From contig OY729426.1 of the NCBI GenBank assembly GCA_963422365.1, forward strand, positions 1,280,001-1,344,000: a DNA stretch of 64,000 bases, written 5' to 3'. The notes beneath the pieces were generated by a model. It did not search any database. It saw only the letters and a program-made list of their open reading frames with translations, and was not told where the DNA came from. Positions 20,584 through 27,066 of this stretch are shown here, one piece after another. A program made the translations under genes and the position numbers. Position 1 is the first letter of the stretch. Every line of letters begins with the position of its first letter. Source of the DNA: Nitrospirales bacterium. Its GTDB lineage: Bacteria; Nitrospirota; Nitrospiria; Nitrospirales; UBA8639.

Positions 20584-20755
20584 GATGATTGTATACAATT
20601 ATACAATCGTGCCGAAATATCCGCTTGAATGATCTCATCAATAGGCTTGACATCTGGAGTTGATGGCGTGATCTTCATGTAAACACCGTCCTCTATGAGC
20701 GAAACCCTGAACTGTCAAGTCGAACCAACCATCTCGGAATATCCGAAAGAATGAC

Positions 20756-21274
20756 ATGAAGCACGACGCACGGACTGTCGCGAATAGTCTGATCGAGAAG
20801 GGTCGCAATGCTGGCGCCCCTCTGACTCCGTTGCAGAGTGATGAATTTTGTGCAGATGTCACGCTCGCTGAAGTCGCAATGCTGGCGCCCCTCTGACTCC
20901 GTTGCAGATCATCAAGCCGGTCTACTTCTGTCACGGCCGGATGCTCGGCTTGTATCGACAGCCGTTGATCGAACAGGATGTACAAGCGTGGCTCTATGGT
21001 CCCGTGGTGGCCGAAGTCTACCGGGAGCTAAAAGGAGATGGCGCGGGACTCCGGTCACGGCCCATATCGAGGCGCCGGAAGAGGCATTCGACGAGTTCGA
21101 AGCCGACCTGATCGGGCAGGTCTACGAGAAATATGGTCCGCTCCCAGGTATGGCCTCGTCTCAGCTCACCCACGCTTCGCGTGGTCCTTGGTTTGGCACG
21201 GGGAGGGAAAAAACTCGGTCATCCCGAATGAATTGATCCATGTGTATTACGCCGAACAGGCGAATGCTCTATGA
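20756..21274 (+). pseudogene. Panacea (DUF4065/SocA-like) antitoxin, disrupted by a 71-bp insertion and further frameshifts
   Basis: Reconstructed MKHDARTVANSLIEKGRNAGAPLTPLQIIKPVYFCHG.MLGLY..PLIEQDVQAWLYGPVVAEVY...VYEKYG...LTH..GPW...IPNELI..YY. Confidence 0.85.
20802..20908. repeat. 36-bp repeat / 35-bp spacer / 36-bp repeat (CRISPR-like unit inside a gene)
   Basis: GTCGCAATGCTGGCGCCCCTCTGACTCCGTTGCAGA at 20802-20837 and 20873-20908, identical. Confidence 0.9.
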
Positions 21275-21666
21275 ATGATCACCGACGAGATGTTTCGGAG
21301 CCGCCGGATCATCTGAGCTATCATCCCGATCCGACTAGTCTCGCCGAGTACAACGCACTTGCCACACAAATCGATCTCGAAGAAAAAACCAACAAGCACC
21401 GGCGCACCGAACAATTCCGCGACCTTTTTTCTCGTGGTATACAGGGGGTGATTGTCCTAGCAATCAGCGTGGCGGTTGTGACGTTGCTGGTGGTGGCCTG
21501 GCACCACCAGACGCCGGCAAATTGGCACTGGCTGACCGACAAGCAGCTTGCTGATCTCAGAACCTTCATCTTTAGCGGTGCAGTCGTTAAGCGCGGTGAC
21601 GAATCATATTCGACGGCACACGTAAGCATAGTCGGATTTTTGTGTCGTCATTCCGAATACGTTTGA
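21271..21666 (+). CDS. small membrane protein coupled to the Panacea gene (candidate toxin); 3' end probably frameshifted
   Basis: ATGA overlap with the Panacea stop; hydrophobic segment; removing one A near 21589 gives ...SGAVVSAVTNHIRRHT*. Confidence 0.6.
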   Translation: MNDHRRDVSEPPDHLSYHPDPTSLAEYNALATQIDLEEKTNKHRRTEQFRDLFSRGIQGVIVLAISVAVVTLLVVAWHHQTPANWHWLTDKQLADLRTFIFSGAVVKRGDESYSTAHVSIVGFLCRHSEYV

Positions 21667-21804
21667 TTTTCACTCCGTAATGAAATGTTGTTGGAATTTC
21701 GAAGACCGGACGAGAAAATCGACTTGACCTTGCATGTTCAGGAAAGGCTGGTGTCACTGGAAACGCGGATGTCGGGCTTATGAAACTCGGACCTGAGCTG
21801 AGAC

Positions 21805-21863
21805 GGCCTGGAAAACGGGCGGGATGAGATCCCGCCGCTACAAAAGATTGTTTCTGTAGGGCC
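21805..21863. repeat. REP element(s)
   Basis: GGCC-tggaaaac-GGGCGGGATGAGATCCCGCCGCTAC, then a truncated GTAGGGCC. Confidence 0.8.
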
Positions 21864-21875
21864 ATAGAAGTGTGA

Positions 21876-22220
21876 TTGTATCAGGAAATATACGACGAAA
21901 CGGGAACACTCGTTGAAATCCACTACAAATCTCCAATTGATTATGGCCATCCAAAGGCCGAAGAATGAAGGCAGTGATGAGTTGTGGATAAACTTGCCGC
22001 CTATTTGCACCATGAGCTTTCACTTTCCAGTCTCGTGACGTGTGCGGAAACCGCCTTCATAGACGGTGAATTTGACCACAGCCATTTCAGAGACATTCGA
22101 GACGTTGTGGCTAGGTTGGGGACCGCCGACGTACGAGCGTTTGGCCTGACCTGGGAAGACTGCGAACAATTGCTCCGGCGATTAGGGTATGCAGCACGTA
22201 TCCATATCGAAGCAACCTGA
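21876..22220 (+). pseudogene. remnant two-gene module: 3' fragment (21876-21968) plus small helical protein (21984-22220)
   Basis: LYQEIYDETGTLVEIHYKSPIDYGHPKAEE* has no start and abuts a REP; followed by DKLAAYLHHELSL...RLGTADVRAFGLTWEDCEQLLRRLGY. Confidence 0.5.
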
Positions 22221-22280
22221 CAAAGAAACAAGTACGGTCTCTTCTTCTAAGGATTCTCTTGCGTTCTCTCTCTGGAGTCA

Positions 22281-22363
22281 CCTGTCTGCGTGCGGACACG
22301 CACAGGCAGGCAGGGCCATGCCTCAAGCTGCCTGGAAAAAGGCGCTATCAGATGTCGCCCTAC
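22281..22363. repeat. CCTGTCTG..CAGGCAGG palindrome plus degenerate REP doublet
   Basis: CCTGTCTGCGTGCGGACACGCACAGGCAGG; gccatgCCTCAAG...GGCGCTATCAGATGTCGCCCTAC. Confidence 0.7.
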
Positions 22364-22453
22364 AATAGTCTTGCACATCACCCCGTCGGAGCAGGCTTCT
22401 CCCCTTCCTTTATCCTTCTTCCTTCATAGAGTCACCCCCCCCGGGGGGGGAAA

Positions 22454-24454
22454 TTACCGTGCGAGCGGAATGGTTAAGAGCGGGGAAGAGGACTGAAGCA
22501 GGATGGTGATCTCGTTCGATTCGGAAGCATCCTCGAGAAATTCCCCCACGGTGATGGTGCCGTTTTGATTGCTGTCCGCACTGCCTAGAAGCCCTGCCAG
22601 GACACCGGCAGGTTCGTCGTTTCCTTTCCCCCCTGGCAGTTTGCGAAGCTGGATCACGGGGGTGTGGTCCTGCTGAGAGATGCCGCTGGTCCAGCGAACG
22701 GGGAAGACTCCGGCGGCAAAGGGGTTGTGCTTCCCCAGCGGCGCAACGGGTGTGTCGAGGATGAGCAGGGTTAACCGGTTTTGGAGTTTCCCTAGGAGTC
22801 GCTGAAGCGTTCGTAGGGAGATCAACTCTTTGGTTGATGCATCCGGCGATCCTTCATAGGGCAATAAATAGACTTCGCCGTTCGTCTGGTCCTTTACGGC
22901 CTGGCCGGAAACATACACCATCAGGACGGATTCCTTGCCGATTCGTTGACGAACCCACGTGAGCAGCGACTTTTCAATATCTGATTGTGTGGCCTGGTTT
23001 CCCTGGAGTACGTGGATGTTCTGATCGGTGAACAGACTGGTTGTTTGGAGGGTATCCCGTAATGCCGTCAGGAGGCCTTGGGGGGTGCGATAGGCCTGCG
23101 GCCAGTCTTGTTGATAGGCATCCATCCCGATGAGCATGGCCACGTACGCATCCGTGGCAGGAGGCATTTCCTTTGTCTCCGTGGGAGGACGCTTCTCCTG
23201 AGTTGTTGTGGCAGGCAGCCTCGGTTCCTGGATGGGTGGCTGCGGTTTTGCTGTGCCGGCTTGAATGACAGGTGGTGGTGCGGTGCCTGGCTGGAGAGGT
23301 GCCACAATACGGTGAGACCCGATGGGTGATCCGTCTTCGAGTTGCAGCGCGACCACCAGCTCTGCCTTTTGTTCGGGAACGTTGAGCGGCATGCGTCCTC
23401 GAATCTCCGTGGTTCTGGTTTCTCCGGGCTGGAACGTGCCCATGGAGATGGGAAGCGGTGTCATTTGGGAAAAGGCCTCTACCAGGGTCGCGTTTCCCAC
23501 CACGTTGGCATTGGCCGTGGTGATGGCGATGCTTCCCATGTTGGTGGCTTCAATCATCAGGACAATGGCTTCTCCGCCTTCAAGAATCAGATTATCGTTG
23601 CCATCCTTCAGCATCGTGCGAAAAATAAGGAATGGTCGGTTGATTGGTGTGCCGGGAGATGAAGCCTGGGTTGCGAATTGGGGTGTGGATCGAGCGAATG
23701 CCGGTTGCCGATCCTGGGACGCCGTCAGTGGTTGCGGGCTGCCGTTCTTGATCAGTTCCGGCACCACTCCCACGAGTTGTTCGGCCAGTTCCGCTGCCGC
23801 GCCGTTGATTTTCCCATCGTATTGTCCGGTTGCGCAGGATACGGATTGGCCGGTGAGGGATGGAGCCCAGATCCTGACCTGGCGGTTGAAATGTAAAGGG
23901 GTTTGAGCCAGTTCGACTCCGTTTTTATCGATAAAGACCGCTCGAAGCTGGAGGTTGACGAAGGCTAAATAATTATCCTCCTCTGCCATGCGGTCGACTT
24001 CCTGGAAGGATTGGCCGACCAGGCTGATCTGGATGATCAAATCGCTCGGTTGTATGGCTTGTACGGCTTGTCCGGTTCCTGTATAGGCCGTGACGGCCTG
24101 AAATGTTTCCTGTCCCTTTCTGAGAAAGGTCTGGAGAATACTCTCTCCTGTTTTCAGCGTATACGGAAGGTCGCACGCCTGAATTTCGAGTGTGGCTTCC
24201 GTGACGCTCGGATCAAAGGCATATGCCACCGAGATGGGGATGGCCGGTTCCTTTGGTTGTTCTTTTTCAAATCCCAGGCGAGGCATGCTGATATCAGGGA
24301 AGCCCAAGTCCGGAAAACTGATGTCAGGCGCACTCACGTCCGGAAGGTATTGACAGCCTGAAAACTGGAGAAGCGAGAAGAAAAGAAGGGGCCTCACGAG
24401 GGCGCATATCTTCAGATACATAACACGTAAACTACCTGATGCTTTCACTGGCAT
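22454..24454 (-). CDS. lipoprotein with C-terminal caspase-like (C14) domain lacking the catalytic dyad
   Basis: RBS AGAGGAGG; lipobox-like FSGC; AMLIGMDAY, AT..DI, VYVSGQA, YLLPYEG, LILDTP. Confidence 0.7.
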   Translation of the reverse strand: MPVKASGSLRVMYLKICALVRPLLFFSLLQFSGCQYLPDVSAPDISFPDLGFPDISMPRLGFEKEQPKEPAIPISVAYAFDPSVTEATLEIQACDLPYTLKTGESILQTFLRKGQETFQAVTAYTGTGQAVQAIQPSDLIIQISLVGQSFQEVDRMAEEDNYLAFVNLQLRAVFIDKNGVELAQTPLHFNRQVRIWAPSLTGQSVSCATGQYDGKINGAAAELAEQLVGVVPELIKNGSPQPLTASQDRQPAFARSTPQFATQASSPGTPINRPFLIFRTMLKDGNDNLILEGGEAIVLMIEATNMGSIAITTANANVVGNATLVEAFSQMTPLPISMGTFQPGETRTTEIRGRMPLNVPEQKAELVVALQLEDGSPIGSHRIVAPLQPGTAPPPVIQAGTAKPQPPIQEPRLPATTTQEKRPPTETKEMPPATDAYVAMLIGMDAYQQDWPQAYRTPQGLLTALRDTLQTTSLFTDQNIHVLQGNQATQSDIEKSLLTWVRQRIGKESVLMVYVSGQAVKDQTNGEVYLLPYEGSPDASTKELISLRTLQRLLGKLQNRLTLLILDTPVAPLGKHNPFAAGVFPVRWTSGISQQDHTPVIQLRKLPGGKGNDEPAGVLAGLLGSADSNQNGTITVGEFLEDASESNEITILLQSSSPLLTIPLAR

Positions 24455-24561
24455 GCAACCTCCTCTCAGTGCTTCCTTTTTCACTCCACACAGGAAATGG
24501 CTTGATCTGTCTTGACTTGAGCATACATTGACAGGCGTGCAGGAGAGGTTGGGACATCTGT

Positions 24562-24616
24562 GTAGGGGCACATCTCAAATGAACAGGAAGAAGGCGGGAT
24601 GAGATCCCGCCGCTAC
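24562..24616. repeat. REP doublet
   Basis: GTAGGGGCACATCTCA...aggaagaa-GGCGGGATGAGATCCCGCCGCTAC. Confidence 0.8.
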
Positions 24617-24904
24617 AAATCGAATTGGCGTTGGTCGACGCGCATGCCTGGCACGTGTTGATCCGAGTTGACGGTTATGCCTGGGCTTCGTTGGACCGGC
24701 TCGATGTGCCCCTTGAGTCCAATGTGTTCCCGGTGGTTCGACGAAACCCGGAGGATCCGCCTCTTTACCCCAGGAAGGAAGAAGATGCTCATGATGTCGT
24801 CATGCGAGCGGTTGCCGGCAGTGATGCCGTGAATCAGGCGGTGATGCATTTGAAAGAAGCCTGGGGCCGGTCCTGAACCGGAACAGGGCCGTTTGCTTTT
24901 CCCT

Positions 24905-25141
24905 TCATGAACAGGTAGGGCCGCATCTCATGCGGCCAAAGAAGGCTTCAACTTCGCTGACTTCGACGTGATCTGGAAGGCCTTGGGCCAGGCTGGTTTT
25001 GAGACTGGCAAGAATGGCTTCTTGACTGTTGGCTAACGCTTCTTCGTGGGTTTGTCCTTGAGAGACACAGCCGGGCAGGGCCGGACAATTGACGACAGAA
25101 TACCCAGCTTCGTCTTGTTCGATGGTGACAAGAAATCGCAT
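24905..25141 (-). CDS. HicB-family antitoxin (orphan; 3' end formed by the REP at 24915-24937)
   Basis: MRFLVTIEQDEAGYSVVNCPALPGCVSQGQTHEEALAN..EAI. Confidence 0.85.
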   Translation of the reverse strand: MRFLVTIEQDEAGYSVVNCPALPGCVSQGQTHEEALANSQEAILASLKTSLAQGLPDHVEVSEVEAFFGRMRCGPTCS

Positions 25142-25190
25142 GGTATTCTCCTTTGGACTATGATCTCTAGCCTAACCCAATAGGCGGTGT

Positions 25191-25688
25191 CTAGCGATAA
25201 TTGACGAACTGCAGGTCGATGCCGAAGTCTTCTTGTTTCAGAAAATTGATGACGGCCTGCAGTTCGTCCTTGCTCTTGCTCTGCACGCGCACGTGGTCGC
25301 CTTGAATCTGCGACTGCGCTTTGAACTTTTTTTCCTTCATGCGCTTTGCAATGGCCTTGGCTTTGTCTTCGACAATCCCGCTTTGAATCGTGACGTGTTG
25401 CCGAATGGTCCCCCCAAGGGCTTGTTCCACCTTGCCGTAGTCGAGGGCTTTCAACGACACGCTTCGTTTCACGCATTTTCCCTTGAGGATGTCGATGACC
25501 GCCTTGAGTTTATAGTCGTCGTCCGCCGCGACTTCCAAGAGGTGGTCTTTTTCCTTGAGCGTGACCCTGGATTGCGACCCCTTGAAATCGAATCGCTGAC
25601 CGATTTCTTTCATGGTTTGATCAACCGCGTTTTTGACTTCTTGCATGTCAACCGTGGATGTCACATCAAAAGAGAACGTATCCGCCAT
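25191..25688 (-). CDS. yajQ: YajQ-family nucleotide / c-di-GMP-binding protein
   Basis: SFDV.S.VD.QEVKNAVDQ..KEI..RFDFKGS...QIQGD.VRV...D.LQ...LQFVNYR. Confidence 0.93.
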   Translation of the reverse strand: MADTFSFDVTSTVDMQEVKNAVDQTMKEIGQRFDFKGSQSRVTLKEKDHLLEVAADDDYKLKAVIDILKGKCVKRSVSLKALDYGKVEQALGGTIRQHVTIQSGIVEDKAKAIAKRMKEKKFKAQSQIQGDHVRVQSKSKDELQAVINFLKQEDFGIDLQFVNYR

Positions 25689-25711
25689 GAAGCCGTCTCC
25701 TTTATGAATGG

Positions 25712-25804
25712 AGTGGCTGCATCTTCTGTTGCCCGGGAAAGGCGCCATGAGATGTCGCCGCTACAAGAAAGATGAAATTCCGTAGGGCCGCATCTTCTGC
25801 GGCC
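25712..25804. repeat. REP cluster between yajQ and the defence operon
   Basis: GGCGCCATGAGATGTCGCCGCTAC (25741-25764) and GTAGGGCCGCATCTTCTGCGGCC (25782-25804). Confidence 0.8.
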
Positions 25805-25809
25805 TGGAA

Positions 25810-25835
25810 AACCACGCAGTAGAAAGTGCGTGGTT
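25810..25835 (-). terminator. putative terminator of the defence operon
   Basis: AACCACGCA-8 nt-TGCGTGGTT hairpin with a short T run on the minus strand. Confidence 0.5.
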
Positions 25836-25861
25836 CCATGGATGTCTGATGACGAGGTTGA

Positions 25862-27066
25862 TTATTGTTTCTTCCATAGCGTCACCTTGAACTGCTCTTC
25901 AGTCGGTTCAAAATCCGGTTCGCTCTTATTGTGTTGTCGCATTAATGGAATGACCTTTCGGCGAATACCTATACCCTGATCTTCAATGTAGCCGTAATCT
26001 CTAAAAATCCTGACGGACGACGGATTGCGTTGTGATTGCGCACCGTTCTTGATTTTTTCGGTTGTCATGCCATTCGGCAGAGCGCCGGGGCTGGTTATTT
26101 CCATGCGATTATTGTAGACGACAACGCGTACATAGTCTCGTTTTGTCCAATCTCTGTGAACAAAAGCATTCATCAACAGCTCTCTTATGGCCTCAAACGG
26201 ATAATCCCAAACCCGTCTGCGACTCATTCCCTGTAGTGTCTCATGACTGATAAATGGTTGAACGAGTGTGCTTACTTTCTCATGCAATGCCGGCTCAACG
26301 GGGTCATGAGCGCCGCCGCTTCCTCGGCGTTCCAGCAAAGGAGCGTCCAATATTTTGTCAAATATCGTGCTGTACTCCTTATCGTTGCCGTCATAAACGG
26401 AAAGCCTTACGCCGGCTTGTGGTAGTCTCAACTGAGGTTTTTTGCAAATAACGCATAAGCAAAATAGCTACAAGCAAGGGGTGTAGCGTCTCCGACCAGA
26501 ACGCTGTGGTTACTCAGCATTTCCTGCAAATCTTCATCCGGAGACTGTCCCAGAATATCTCGAAAATATTCCGTGTAACGCTGTTCATCTAAATCTGAAA
26601 TGGAAGATCCGTGTACGGGAAATTTTTCCGCGGCTAACAGTCCCCCCGAAGCGAACAGGCGGGCTTGTTGCTCAAGTCCAGCCAACTGGCAGGTGTTTCC
26701 ATAACGGACGTAAATATCTTTACGGTCGTTGTGCTTAAGAACATAGGGTTTGCTCGTACCTTGAGGAATTTTTACGACGGCCACGCGCTTTCCTTCAATG
26801 CTGATTTCCTCATAATCGGGTAATATAAATGGATGAACGTATCTGCCGATGACCGTATCCATCAGCCACTCCTGAAGGTTATTCCGCTGGATGCCGCTGA
26901 TGTTGCCGTCATCCTCGACACCAACCAAAACGATACCGCCGTTCATGTTGGCGAAAGCAACGACTTCTTTGGCAACTGTCTCGGGACGCTCATCATCACG
27001 CTTAAACTCCAGCTTTGCGCCTTCATCTTGAACAATGAGTTCTAACAAGTCACTTTTCAGCATCAC
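25862..27066 (-). pseudogene. Schlafen/AlbA_2 domain plus RecG-C/HATPase_c_4 protein, split by one frameshift near 26440
   Basis: EGAKLEFK, VAFANMNGG.VLVGVEDDG, YVRYG; then YPFEAIRELLMNAFVHRDW, EITSPG.LP, RNP, G.GI. Confidence 0.8.

Noticed and set aside
20802..20908. Calling this a bona fide functional CRISPR array
   Set aside because: Only two repeats, no cas genes or evident leader in the window, and the repeat is Panacea coding sequence. Reported instead as a candidate off-target integration.
22435..22450. C8G8 perfect palindrome
   Set aside because: Single low-complexity occurrence at a gene end; no function can be supported.
20600..25150. Integron cassette array
   Set aside because: No integrase, no clear attC RYYYAAC/GTTRRRY boxes, and mixed gene orientations; the repeats are GTAG REPs.
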